From: Ignavibacteria bacterium
GTDB taxonomy: Bacteria > Bacteroidota > Ignavibacteria > Ignavibacteriales > Melioribacteraceae
Length of the DNA stretch: 64,000 nucleotides
Direction of reading: 5' to 3'
Assembly (NCBI GenBank): GCA_016873835.1
Contig: VGVY01000004.1
Coordinates: 10,157 to 74,156, forward strand
The position numbers were made by a program, and so were the translations under genes. Position 1 is the first letter of the stretch; every line of letters starts with the position of its first letter. This document shows positions 38,297 to 48,175 of this stretch, piece after piece. A model generated the notes under the pieces. That model saw nothing but the letters and a program-made list of their open reading frames with translations, had not been told where the DNA came from and did not search any database.

Positions 38297-39517
38297 TTAC
38301 AGATAATAAATTTTTAAAAGTTCGGTTATATATTTTTGCTGGGTATCCCGATAGATTGTATGATCCCTGGCCACTTTTAATTTCATATACTCTGTTTGAT
38401 AATGTTCAGCTCCCTTAGTAATAATATTACACCAGTCTAATAAATCTTTATTTTTATAAAGTAAACCAGCTTGAACAAATGCAATCATTTCTTTCATTCC
38501 TCCAATATTGGGTACAATAGGAATAATTCCTATTGAAATAGCCTCGATAATTGATACCGGTGAATTTTCATAGCAGCTCGAACTCATGCAGAAGAACTTT
38601 GCATCTGCAATTTCTTTTACAAGCTGGTCAAACGGCATAAATTTTTTTATTGAAATACTTTGTGATGCTGAGCTTTCGTTTCTAAGATGTTGTAATAATT
38701 CTTCCTCTTCTCCTTCACCAATTAATAGCAATTCAAAATCATTTTTCGTTTCTACTTTCCATTTCGTAAATGCATTAATTAAAAAGCTCAAATTTTTTTC
38801 TTTAGAGAATCTTCCAAAGTAGCAAATCTTATTTTTCTTTTGAACAGAAGAAAAATCATGTTGAATCATATTAACCGGATTTCGAATGATAGAAATTTTT
38901 TCTTCCGCTATACCATCTGCAATTAGTTTCTCTTTCAAGAAGTTGCTTGGGCAAATAAAATGATCAACAACTGATTTGTGTTTTATAAAATTGTTCGATA
39001 TAAAACTTCTTTTTGCTTTAATGATTGAATGGATAATTCCACGCCGCTCGCAGTTTTCAAAAATGATTGGATACTTTATATTCATGGCAGTACATTTTTC
39101 ACAAAGTTGGTTTTTATTGTAATTGTACAAACTAGAATTTGGGCAAACAAGATGAAAATCATGTAGAGTCTGAATTACTTTGATTTTCTTTTTTTTCTTT
39201 GCTTCTTTTACAGCCAGCAGAACGGAAGGTGAGAGTGCAGAGAAAAATCCGTGCAAATGGATTACATCAACGAGATTATTTTTTAGGAAATTCTTGAGGG
39301 TTTTATAATTATGGAAAGAAAAAATATAATTAATTGTTCCTTTTAATTTTCCATCACTTTCCCAGCTCTTGAAACTAATATCTGGTTTTTCTTCAGAGTC
39401 GGCTCTTTTTACAAATCCAGAATAATTAATTGTATCGGGAATGTTCTTTCGTGTGAGGTTATATACAGTTTCGGCACCGCCGAGTTTATCGTAGTTATTT
39501 ATATGAAGTATTTTCAA
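38297..39517 (-). CDS. GT-B glycosyltransferase (family 4-like) with Cys-rich insert; the only minus-strand gene in the locus
   Basis: MKILHINNYDKLGGAE N-terminus and C-terminal YENSPVSIIEAISIGIIPIVPNIGGMKEMI. Cys cluster C125, C139-x2-C142, C156. Paralogous to 31599-32795. Confidence 0.8.
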   Translation of the reverse strand: MKILHINNYDKLGGAETVYNLTRKNIPDTINYSGFVKRADSEEKPDISFKSWESDGKLKGTINYIFSFHNYKTLKNFLKNNLVDVIHLHGFFSALSPSVLLAVKEAKKKKKIKVIQTLHDFHLVCPNSSLYNYNKNQLCEKCTAMNIKYPIIFENCERRGIIHSIIKAKRSFISNNFIKHKSVVDHFICPSNFLKEKLIADGIAEEKISIIRNPVNMIQHDFSSVQKKNKICYFGRFSKEKNLSFLINAFTKWKVETKNDFELLLIGEGEEEELLQHLRNESSASQSISIKKFMPFDQLVKEIADAKFFCMSSSCYENSPVSIIEAISIGIIPIVPNIGGMKEMIAFVQAGLLYKNKDLLDWCNIITKGAEHYQTEYMKLKVARDHTIYRDTQQKYITELLKIYYL

Positions 39518-39638
39518 AATTGCTCTTATTATAACAGTGCCAAAATAAACAAATTGTAAAACTGATTCTATTTTTCTTATTTTTTGTCACTCAAATGTTA
39601 ACTAGTCTCATTTTCTAAAATATCTTGGAAAATCTTTA

Positions 39639-40829
39639 GTGAAAATATTTTATCTTACTCCGCGAGTTCCATTCCCGATTGATAAAGGTGATAAATTAAG
39701 AGCATACCATCAAATCAAGCATCTATCAGAAATGCATGAAATTTTTCTCTATGCAATAGATGAAAATGCTATTCATAATGCCAAGGATTCACCTTTGCAA
39801 GATTTTTGTAAAGGAATGAAAATATTTCAGCTTTCAAGAATTAAAATATTACGAAATTTGGTAAACGGAGTTTTTAAATCAGTTCCGTTTCAAACTTCAT
39901 ACTATTATTCCAAAGAAATTGCAGATGATATAAAAATAGAAATAAAAAAATTCCAGCCAGATGTGATATTGTGTCAGTTGATTCGTGCAGCAAAATTTGT
40001 CGAAGATATTAATGATATTCCAAAAGTAATTGATTACGTTGATGTAATTTCAAAAGGATTAGAAAGAAGAATTAACAAATCTAACTTATTAATGAAATTT
40101 TTATTGAAGTGGGAATATAAACGTGCTGTTAAATATGAAAAAAGAGTAGCAGAGATTTTCGATGCCCAGATTATAATTACAGATGAAGACAAAAGCTTAT
40201 TGCAATTCAAAGATAAAAATAAAGTTAAAATTATCCCTAATGGAATTGATTTTGAATTTTTCCAACCGGTTGAACATCCAAAAGAATATGACTTATTTTT
40301 CTCGGGAAACTTAAGCTATCCACCAAACATAGATGCAGCTGAATTTTTAGTAAAAGAAATTATGCCTATTGTGTGGAAGACAAATCCAAATGCAAAAGTT
40401 TTAATTGCCGGTGCTTCTCCTAAAAAAAGAGTTTTGTCTTTAGCATCTAATAATATTCATGTTAATGGTTGGACAGATGATATACGCGACTACTATAAAA
40501 CTGCGAGAATATTTATTGCACCTTTACAGATTGGAACTGGACTGCAGAATAAATTACTCCAAGCAATGGCAATGAAGATGCCATGTGTTGTTAGTGAATT
40601 GACCCAGAAAGGTGTTTCTCAAGAAAAATGTGATTTCATGTTAGTAGCTAATGAACCGGAGGAATATGCTGAGCATGTGAATACTTTATTAAATAATTCA
40701 AAAGCTGAAAAGGAAATTAGCGAAAAGGGTTTCAATTATGTAAAACATAATTATGAATGGAAAAAAATCATTTTAGATTTAGAAAAAATTTTACTCAATT
40801 GCATCTCTAAAAAAAATGGTGCTAAATAG
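39639..40829 (+). CDS. GT-B glycosyltransferase (family 4-like)
   Basis: GTG start. The N-terminus MKIFYLTPRVPFPIDKGDKLRAYHQIKHLS resembles, from memory, the sugar transferases associated with exosortase/EpsH-type EPS loci. C-terminal GTGLQNKLLQAMAMKMPCV. Confidence 0.7.
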   Translation: MKIFYLTPRVPFPIDKGDKLRAYHQIKHLSEMHEIFLYAIDENAIHNAKDSPLQDFCKGMKIFQLSRIKILRNLVNGVFKSVPFQTSYYYSKEIADDIKIEIKKFQPDVILCQLIRAAKFVEDINDIPKVIDYVDVISKGLERRINKSNLLMKFLLKWEYKRAVKYEKRVAEIFDAQIIITDEDKSLLQFKDKNKVKIIPNGIDFEFFQPVEHPKEYDLFFSGNLSYPPNIDAAEFLVKEIMPIVWKTNPNAKVLIAGASPKKRVLSLASNNIHVNGWTDDIRDYYKTARIFIAPLQIGTGLQNKLLQAMAMKMPCVVSELTQKGVSQEKCDFMLVANEPEEYAEHVNTLLNNSKAEKEISEKGFNYVKHNYEWKKIILDLEKILLNCISKKNGAK

Positions 40830-40966
40830 AAAAGGTTACTAAAAATATTTTTTCTCTTTCATTTGGTCAAGGAATATCACTTGCGCTGAATTTTGTTTCG
40901 TTTGTTTTAGCCGCAAGGTTTTTATCCGTTCATGACTTTGGTGCATTTGGAAATTTAGTTGCGATT

Positions 40967-42265
40967 GTGGGTATTCTTTCAAAGGTAATTGATTTTGGCT
41001 TAGGACCAATAGTATTTCGAGAATATTCTAAGGAAGTTGAGGGCGATAAATTATTGAATAGTGCAATATCCTTACGCTTAGTTATTTACTTAATTGTACT
41101 TTCAATTTTCAATGCTGCTATGCTGTTTTTGAAATTTACAAAAGACGAAATTCTTCTCGCTAATATTTTATTTATCAGTATTATTCTCTCGACTAGAATG
41201 GCTAATTTTAGAGAACTAATCGCAACACCTTTCAAAGTTCATTTGAAAATGCATTACCCAATGACGCTTACAATTATGGATAATTTTTTATTCCTAATAG
41301 TTGTAATTCTTATGCCCGTATTTAATGGCGGATTGTACTTCTTTGTGTTTGGATATGTATTTTCAACTCTTCCGGGATTTATAATTCAATTTGTATTTCT
41401 AGAATTGAAATTCAAATTCAAGCCAAAGATCATTTTTTACAAAACTGGATGGCTGATAAAAGAAGCCGCTCCATTAGCTGGTTTTGTTCTTTTAACTATA
41501 GTGTACCAACAGTTTGATGTTGTATTGTTAACATCTTTAAAAGATGAATTTTCTGCCGGTATTTATTCGGCGGCAACAAGATTAACAATGCCACTCAACA
41601 TTATTCCGAGCGTTGTGGTTACCACTGTATTTCCGTTTCTTGTGAAGAATTTAAGAGACAGAATTAAAACAGATGCCATCAACGCACTAGTCTATAAAGT
41701 ATTATTCTTGATTTCTTTTGTTTTTGCTGTTATTGTTTCATTCAAGTCAGAGGCATTTGTCGTTTTAGTTTTCGGAGAAAAATACCGATCAGCAAGTTTA
41801 CCTACATCACTAATTTTTTGGTCGCAAGTGTTTATGTTTTTCAATTATTTCACACTTGATTTATTAACTGCTCATAGCAGACAAAAACTCAATTTAATTT
41901 ATTCATTAATCCTTGTTTCCTTTAATACGATATTGAATTTATTATTAATACCCGATTATTCATTCAACGGTGTTGGCTTTGCAAAAGTTATTGCTGGATT
42001 TTTAGGTTTTACTTTTATGGCTTTTTCACTCATTCGACATGAATTCAGTTTGTCATTTATTAATCTGAAATTCTTAATCTGGATAATTTTAGTAACAGTA
42101 TCACTTTACATCTTTTCGTTTTTACCTTTCTCAGCGTATTTGGTTTTATCAGCATTAGTAATTTTAGTGTTGTTAAAATTTATTCACTTTTTTGGTGAAG
42201 AAGAGAAGGAGATAATATTAAAATTATTGAACGGGGATAGATGGGGCAAATTCTTTCTGAAATAG
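40967..42265 (+). CDS. MOP-superfamily flippase (Wzx-like) 2, as called from the first canonical start; the 5-prime end appears frame-broken (see findings)
   Basis: 432-aa polytopic ORF. The same frame stays open for 47 more codons upstream (to 40826), encoding flippase-like TM1-2 sequence without any ATG/GTG/TTG. Confidence 0.65.
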   Translation: MGILSKVIDFGLGPIVFREYSKEVEGDKLLNSAISLRLVIYLIVLSIFNAAMLFLKFTKDEILLANILFISIILSTRMANFRELIATPFKVHLKMHYPMTLTIMDNFLFLIVVILMPVFNGGLYFFVFGYVFSTLPGFIIQFVFLELKFKFKPKIIFYKTGWLIKEAAPLAGFVLLTIVYQQFDVVLLTSLKDEFSAGIYSAATRLTMPLNIIPSVVVTTVFPFLVKNLRDRIKTDAINALVYKVLFLISFVFAVIVSFKSEAFVVLVFGEKYRSASLPTSLIFWSQVFMFFNYFTLDLLTAHSRQKLNLIYSLILVSFNTILNLLLIPDYSFNGVGFAKVIAGFLGFTFMAFSLIRHEFSLSFINLKFLIWIILVTVSLYIFSFLPFSAYLVLSALVILVLLKFIHFFGEEEKEIILKLLNGDRWGKFFLK

Positions 42266-43197
42266 ATGTTTCTGTTGTAATCGTAAACTACAATTGTTTC
42301 GAATTGCTTGACGAATGTTTAAAATCTTTGTTTGAAAAAACGAGTAAGGTAAAACTGCAAGTAATAGTTGTTGATAATGCGTCGGCAGAGGGAGATGTTA
42401 AATTAATTACAAATAAATATAAATCAGTTGAGACAATCGTAAATGAAAAAAATATTGGATTTGCTGCTGCTAATAATTTAGGTCTAAATAGAGCAAAAGG
42501 AAAGTATACTCTGTTCTTAAATAACGATATAGTTTTTCTTGAGAAATCGATAAACACTGTTTTTGAGTTTGCAGAAAAATCAAAAGAAAATATTTTTGTT
42601 GGAATTCAGTTGTTGAATTCAGATTTGAGTAAACAAGAAAGTGTTGTTGAATTTCCTTCATTATGGAATACTATTACTGAGAATTCATTTTTATATAAAG
42701 TTTTTCCTAAATCAAAATTCTTTAATAAATATTATCAAAATAATTTAATTAAAGATGAACCTATTGAGGTAGATGTAATTCGTGGTGCATTTATGTTTTG
42801 TTCAACTATTGCATTAAAAAACTTGGACGGATTTGATGATCGGTTCTACTTCTACTCAGAAGAAACTGATCTTTGTCATCGGTTTAGGAAAACTGGCGGC
42901 AAAATTTATTTCTTGCCCTATTCAAAAATTATCCATTTGGGTGGAGCCGCTGCGGATAAAAATTTGTGGTTTAAATTTAGGAATCAAACCACCGGGAAAA
43001 TACAGTATTATCAAAAGTATTTTTATGGTATTAAATTTATTCTTGTTTTAATAATTCATTGGCAAGGATTGTTTTTCCGAAGTCTGGTTTATTCTATTGT
43101 TGGCATTTTAACAATTAATAAAAGTTTTCTCTTGAAAGGTTATTATTTTTTAAAACAAATTTTAGTTTATCCAAGTAATCAGTTTGCACAGAAATGA
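42241..43197 (+). CDS. Family 2 glycosyltransferase
   Basis: GT-A motifs IDVSVVIVNYN, VVDNASAEGD and NIGFAAANN, plus the DxD-type SEETDLCHR. Confidence 0.85.
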   Translation: MGQILSEIDVSVVIVNYNCFELLDECLKSLFEKTSKVKLQVIVVDNASAEGDVKLITNKYKSVETIVNEKNIGFAAANNLGLNRAKGKYTLFLNNDIVFLEKSINTVFEFAEKSKENIFVGIQLLNSDLSKQESVVEFPSLWNTITENSFLYKVFPKSKFFNKYYQNNLIKDEPIEVDVIRGAFMFCSTIALKNLDGFDDRFYFYSEETDLCHRFRKTGGKIYFLPYSKIIHLGGAAADKNLWFKFRNQTTGKIQYYQKYFYGIKFILVLIIHWQGLFFRSLVYSIVGILTINKSFLLKGYYFLKQILVYPSNQFAQK

Positions 43198-44390
43198 AAA
43201 TATTACAAATACTTCCTAAGATACCTTATCCTCCAGTTGACGGACATAACAAAAGTATGTGGGGGGTAATAAAATATCTTGCAGAGCGCGACCATGATAT
43301 ATCAATAATATGCTACAGACAAAATGTAAATTCGGATTGTATAATTGAAGAAATTTCAAAATATGCTAAACTTTATATTATAAATATTGCCACGAAAAAC
43401 AACATTCTTGGAGCGCTGAAAAATTTATTTAGCGAAGTGCCCTATAATCTTTCAAAATACAACAGAACTGAAATGAAGGATTATGTAATTAATCATCTTA
43501 GAATAAATAATTATGATATTATTCATGTTACAAATGCACATATGGGTTGGGTTGTTGATATCATAAAAAGTTGTTGTTCGACTCCCATTATTCTTCGTCA
43601 AGAAAATTTAGAACTTTCAATAATGAAACGATATTATCAAAGTCAGAAACATTTGTTACTTAAATTTTACTCTTTCATTCAGTACAAAAAATTTTTGAGA
43701 TATGAACCGAAGCTTTGTTCACAGTTTGAAAAATGTATTATGATTAGTCCAGAAGATGAAAAGAAATTAAAAATTTTTAATTACAAGATTAATTCTACTG
43801 TAATTCCTATTGGTGTTGAAAGCGAATTGTTTGATATTCCTTTGTCCCTTAAAAACAATCATAAAATTGCACATATAGGTTCACTCGATTGGTATCCTAA
43901 TCGTGATGGATTGAATTGGTTTCTTCAAAATATTTATTCTGACATATTAAAAACTTTTCCTAATACACAATTATTTTTGTATGGAAATGTAACTGAAAAT
44001 TTTCAAATAAATCAGGAAGTTAAAAACAATGTTGTAATTAGAGGATTTGTTGAAAATATATGGCAAGAAATTAAAGATTTTAATTTGGCTATCGTTCCTT
44101 TGAGAATTGGAAGTGGAATTCGAGTAAAAATTTTAGAATTGCTTGCTGCCGGCATTAATGTAATAACTACCGATATTGGTAAAGAAGGAATTAATCTTGT
44201 GGATGAAAAAGAAATATTAATAGCTAATAATGAAAAAGATTTTAGTCAAAAAATTATCAAATATTTTAATGGATTTTATGATGCTTTATCAATTGCCGAG
44301 AATGGAAGAACATTTATCAAGAAAAATTATCGGTGGGAAATTATTGCTACAAAATTTGAACAAACTTACAATGAATTGATTGCTAAATAA
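43194..44390 (+). CDS. GT-B glycosyltransferase (family 4-like)
   Basis: MKILQILPKIPYPPVDGHNKS N-terminus and C-terminal GSGIRVKILELLAAGINVITT. Confidence 0.8.
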   Translation: MKILQILPKIPYPPVDGHNKSMWGVIKYLAERDHDISIICYRQNVNSDCIIEEISKYAKLYIINIATKNNILGALKNLFSEVPYNLSKYNRTEMKDYVINHLRINNYDIIHVTNAHMGWVVDIIKSCCSTPIILRQENLELSIMKRYYQSQKHLLLKFYSFIQYKKFLRYEPKLCSQFEKCIMISPEDEKKLKIFNYKINSTVIPIGVESELFDIPLSLKNNHKIAHIGSLDWYPNRDGLNWFLQNIYSDILKTFPNTQLFLYGNVTENFQINQEVKNNVVIRGFVENIWQEIKDFNLAIVPLRIGSGIRVKILELLAAGINVITTDIGKEGINLVDEKEILIANNEKDFSQKIIKYFNGFYDALSIAENGRTFIKKNYRWEIIATKFEQTYNELIAK

Positions 44391-44392
44391 TT

Positions 44393-45556
44393 ATGACTCT
44401 TTTTCTAGAAATATTGTTTTACCTATTAACTATAATAGTTTTGAACTCATTTATTTTTTATCCGCTTGTAGTTTATTTCCTTAGTAAAAAAAATAGCGGA
44501 AGAATTACTATTCATGGATTTGAACCAACAATTTCAGTTTTAATCGCTGCTTATAATGAGGAAAAAGTAATAGAAGATAGAATTAAGAACATTGTAGCAC
44601 TCAATTATGATCATTCTAAAATTGAAGTCTTTATTGGTTCCGATTTATCCTCTGATAGAACAAATGAAATTTTACTAGAATATCAAAAAGAATATTCATG
44701 GCTAAAAGTTTATTTATCGCAAGAAAGAATGGGAAAAGCTGGCATACTAAATGAATTAATCAAACAAGCAAATAATGAAATTGTAGTATTTACAGATGCG
44801 AATACAAATTTTAATCAAGATGCTTTAAAAAATATTATTGAAGATTTTGCGGATGAAAATGTCGGCGGTGTTTGCGGTAGGCTTATTCTAATTGACGATG
44901 AGCAAAGTAAATCTGAAGGTGTAGAGGAAACTGAATATTGGAAGTATGAAACGTTAATTAAAAAAGCAGAAGGAAGATGTGGAACTTTACTCGCTGCAAA
45001 TGGAGGAATATTTGCAATAAGAAAAAATTTATATGAAGTAATACCAACTGAAAATGCTGTGACAGATGATTTATTTGTTTCACTATCTGTTGTAAGTAAG
45101 GGTTATAAGTTTACCTATTGCAACGATGCTGTTGCATATGAAAATACTGGCAAGGATTTATCCGAAGAGTATAAACGAAAAGTTAGATTTGGGGCTACCA
45201 ACTTTCAAACTTTACTTCAATTTAAAAAGTTACTTTGGGATAAAAATAAATTTCTTAGTTATGCTTTCTTTTCACATAAAGTATCACGCTGGATATTGCC
45301 CGGATTATTGATATTCCTATTTTTTGTCAGTTATTTTCTGATTGACATAAATCAGATTGCAAAAAAGATTTTTTATTTACAAATGGTAATTTATTTATTA
45401 GCACTTTGCGGTTATTTACTTTCGATTATTAAGAAACGAATTTTGATTTTTTCGCTTCCATATTTCTTTGTAGTTTCAAACATAGCCATTGCAGAAGGTT
45501 TTATTAAGTTCATTCGTAAAAAACATAGTGTAATTTGGGAATCAACTCAGAGATAA
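44393..45556 (+). CDS. Membrane-anchored family 2 glycosyltransferase (synthase-like topology)
   Basis: N-terminal TM, GT-A core (ISVLIAAYNEE, VFTDANT) and C-terminal TM helices. RKVRFG occupies the position of the QxxRW motif of processive GT2 enzymes. Confidence 0.7.
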   Translation: MTLFLEILFYLLTIIVLNSFIFYPLVVYFLSKKNSGRITIHGFEPTISVLIAAYNEEKVIEDRIKNIVALNYDHSKIEVFIGSDLSSDRTNEILLEYQKEYSWLKVYLSQERMGKAGILNELIKQANNEIVVFTDANTNFNQDALKNIIEDFADENVGGVCGRLILIDDEQSKSEGVEETEYWKYETLIKKAEGRCGTLLAANGGIFAIRKNLYEVIPTENAVTDDLFVSLSVVSKGYKFTYCNDAVAYENTGKDLSEEYKRKVRFGATNFQTLLQFKKLLWDKNKFLSYAFFSHKVSRWILPGLLIFLFFVSYFLIDINQIAKKIFYLQMVIYLLALCGYLLSIIKKRILIFSLPYFFVVSNIAIAEGFIKFIRKKHSVIWESTQR

Positions 45557-45557
45557 A

Positions 45558-46757
45558 ATGATGTATGATGTTATTATTGTTGGGGCTGGAATTATTGGAT
45601 TAGCATCAGCGTTAAAAATTCTGGAAATAAATCCATACTTGAAACTATTGATAATTGAAAAAGAAAATACAATTGCTAAACATCAAACTGGAAATAACAG
45701 CGGAGTAATTCATTCTGGTGTTTATTATAAACCAGGGAGTTTAAAAGCTCAAAATTGTGTTGAAGGATATAACATGCTTATTGAGTTTTGTAAAATGAAT
45801 AATGTTAAATATGAAATCTGTGGTAAAATGATTGTAGCTACATCAGAGAAAGAAGTTCCTATTTTGAATTTGATCTATGACCGCGGGGTTAAAAATGGTT
45901 TATCTGGTTTAAAAAAAATGACTTTAGATGAAATTAATGAAATTGAACCATATGTATCAGCAGTTAGCGGAATTTTTGTGCCTCAAACCGGCATTGTAGA
46001 TTTTGGCTCTGTCGCCAGGAAATATCTTGAACTGATATTGAATTATTCTTCACAAATTGTTTTTAATCATAAGGTCGCAAACATAAAAATAAAATCACAT
46101 AATTGTGAAGTTATTTCCACTAACCAAACATTTGAATCTAAAATAGTAGTTACGTGTGCTGGACTGTACGCAGATAAAGTTGCGCAGACGACTCATCCAA
46201 ATCTTGGAATAAAAATTATTCCATTTCGCGGTGAGTATTACAAAATCTCTGAAGAAAAAAAATATTTAGTTAAATCGTTAATTTATCCAGTTCCAGATCC
46301 ATCATTTCCATTTTTAGGTGTACATTTCACTAGAACAATAAATGGTGAGGTTGAAGCCGGACCGAATGCTGTGTTAGCTTTTAAAAGAGAAGGTTATAAA
46401 AAAACCAGTTTCAGCTTATTTGATACTTTTGAGACTTTAACCTGGCCAGGTTTTCATAAGGTGTTAAAAAAGAACTATAAAACTGGATTAGGAGAATATT
46501 ACCGATCGTTTAGCAAAAGTGCTTTTGTTAAAGCTCTTCAAAGGTTAGTACCTGAAATTTCCAAGAATGATTTAATAACTGGAAGTGCTGGTGTTAGAGC
46601 TCAGGCTTGCAGTAGAGATGGCGGTTTATTGGATGATTTTTTTATTGTAGAGGATAAAAGAATTCTACATGTTTGCAATGCACCTTCGCCAGCTGCTACA
46701 AGTTCCCTTGCAATAGGTGCAAATATTGCTAAACGTATTATTAATAGAATTAATTAG
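45558..46757 (+). CDS. lhgO: FAD-dependent L-2-hydroxyglutarate oxidase-like oxidoreductase
   Basis: DVIIVGAGIIGLASA dinucleotide fold and the very LhgO-like HQTGNNSGVIHSGVYYKPGSLKAQNC. 399 aa. Confidence 0.7.
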   Translation: MMYDVIIVGAGIIGLASALKILEINPYLKLLIIEKENTIAKHQTGNNSGVIHSGVYYKPGSLKAQNCVEGYNMLIEFCKMNNVKYEICGKMIVATSEKEVPILNLIYDRGVKNGLSGLKKMTLDEINEIEPYVSAVSGIFVPQTGIVDFGSVARKYLELILNYSSQIVFNHKVANIKIKSHNCEVISTNQTFESKIVVTCAGLYADKVAQTTHPNLGIKIIPFRGEYYKISEEKKYLVKSLIYPVPDPSFPFLGVHFTRTINGEVEAGPNAVLAFKREGYKKTSFSLFDTFETLTWPGFHKVLKKNYKTGLGEYYRSFSKSAFVKALQRLVPEISKNDLITGSAGVRAQACSRDGGLLDDFFIVEDKRILHVCNAPSPAATSSLAIGANIAKRIINRIN

Positions 46758-46769
46758 TGTGGTTAATAA

Positions 46770-48173
46770 TTGAATAAAAAAGTTGAAAAATCATTAATAC
46801 TAATCACTGACTTTTTAACAGTCAATTTAGCTTGGATAGTATTTTTCTACTTAAGGGTTGAAACTGGCTGGTTCGATTTAATATCGCAACCAGACTTTTT
46901 ACTGCCAATGTTTGCAGTTTATTTGTATTGGCTTGTGATTTTTACATTTGTTGGAATGTATAGAACTTGGTTCGCACTTTCCAGATTTGACGAACTTTCC
47001 ACACTCTTCAAAGCATCATTTGTTGGAATTTTTATTCTATTCTTTTTAATACTTTTGGATGATTATCGATCGGGCACTGCAACTTCAGTACGTTTTTACA
47101 TTTTCTTTTACTGGGGAATCTTTCTTGTATTTGTAAGTATCGGCAGATTATTCATTCGCAGTATTCAAAGAAGATTTTTAATAAAAGGAATTGGCCGCAG
47201 AAATGCATTGATTGTTGGATTTAATAATAAAGCAAATGAAATTCACACAACTATTTTAAATCATAGAGCACTTGGTTTAGATATTGTAGGTTACATCGGT
47301 CTTAATAAAAATGATCTTGGCAAGGATTTTAAAAGCGTAAGTGTTATTGATGTTGCCAATAACCTAGAATCAATTATAGATCAGTACAATGTAAAAAATA
47401 TAATTATTTCTATCGAACGGCATCATGAAGATTCTTTGTTAGAAGTTATTTCAAAATGTGAAGGGAAAAATGTTGAAATAAAAATTGTTCCAGACCTTTA
47501 CGATATTATAAGCGGGCAAGCTAGAACATCTCAAATATACGGTGTGCCGTTAATTGATATTATGCCGGAGCTGATGCCAGAATGGGAGAAAAAATTAAAA
47601 CGTTTGATGGATATAATACTTTCTTTTCTTCTTATTATTGTAACTTTTCCAATTATTTTTGTTGCGGCTATTGCTATTAAGCTTGAAAGCAAGGGACCTA
47701 TATTTTATAGACAAGAACGAATGGGAATGAATGGTAAAATTTTTAGAATACTTAAATTCAGAACGATGATTCAAGATGCCGAGAAACATTCTGGTCCAGT
47801 TTGGTCTACAAAAGATGATCCCAGAATTACCAAAATCGGTGGACTACTAAGAAAAATAAGAGTTGATGAAATACCACAAGTTTATAATGTTTTAAAAGGT
47901 GATATGAGTTTTGTTGGACCGCGTCCAGAACGTCCTTTCTTTGTTGAAAAACTTTCTTTAGAAATTCCGCTTTATAAGAGAAGATTAAAAGTAAGACCCG
48001 GTATTACTGGATGGGCACAAGTTAAACATAAGTATGATGAAACAATTGACGACGTAAAAGTAAAATTACGATATGATCTTTTTTATATAGAGAATATCAG
48101 CTTGAGAATGGATTTTAAAATAATTTTCAGAACAATTTTTGTTGTTCTATTTGGAAAAGGACATTTTGAGTAA
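46770..48173 (+). CDS. Polyprenyl-phosphate sugar phosphotransferase (WbaP-type initiating enzyme)
   Basis: TTG start. N-terminal TM helices and a Rossmann-like middle, then a complete bacterial sugar transferase domain (PIFYRQERMG, KFRTM, DPRIT, VDEIPQ, SFVGPRPERP, PGITGWAQV). Confidence 0.85.
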   Translation: MNKKVEKSLILITDFLTVNLAWIVFFYLRVETGWFDLISQPDFLLPMFAVYLYWLVIFTFVGMYRTWFALSRFDELSTLFKASFVGIFILFFLILLDDYRSGTATSVRFYIFFYWGIFLVFVSIGRLFIRSIQRRFLIKGIGRRNALIVGFNNKANEIHTTILNHRALGLDIVGYIGLNKNDLGKDFKSVSVIDVANNLESIIDQYNVKNIIISIERHHEDSLLEVISKCEGKNVEIKIVPDLYDIISGQARTSQIYGVPLIDIMPELMPEWEKKLKRLMDIILSFLLIIVTFPIIFVAAIAIKLESKGPIFYRQERMGMNGKIFRILKFRTMIQDAEKHSGPVWSTKDDPRITKIGGLLRKIRVDEIPQVYNVLKGDMSFVGPRPERPFFVEKLSLEIPLYKRRLKVRPGITGWAQVKHKYDETIDDVKVKLRYDLFYIENISLRMDFKIIFRTIFVVLFGKGHFE

Positions 48174-48175
48174 TT

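Noticed and set aside
39598-39626. TTAACT-N17-TATCTT promoter-like element upstream of the GTG-start glycosyltransferase
   Set aside because: The -35 is weak. The implied TSS would leave only about 5 nt of leader without an RBS before GTG 39639, so it is not convincing without TSS data.
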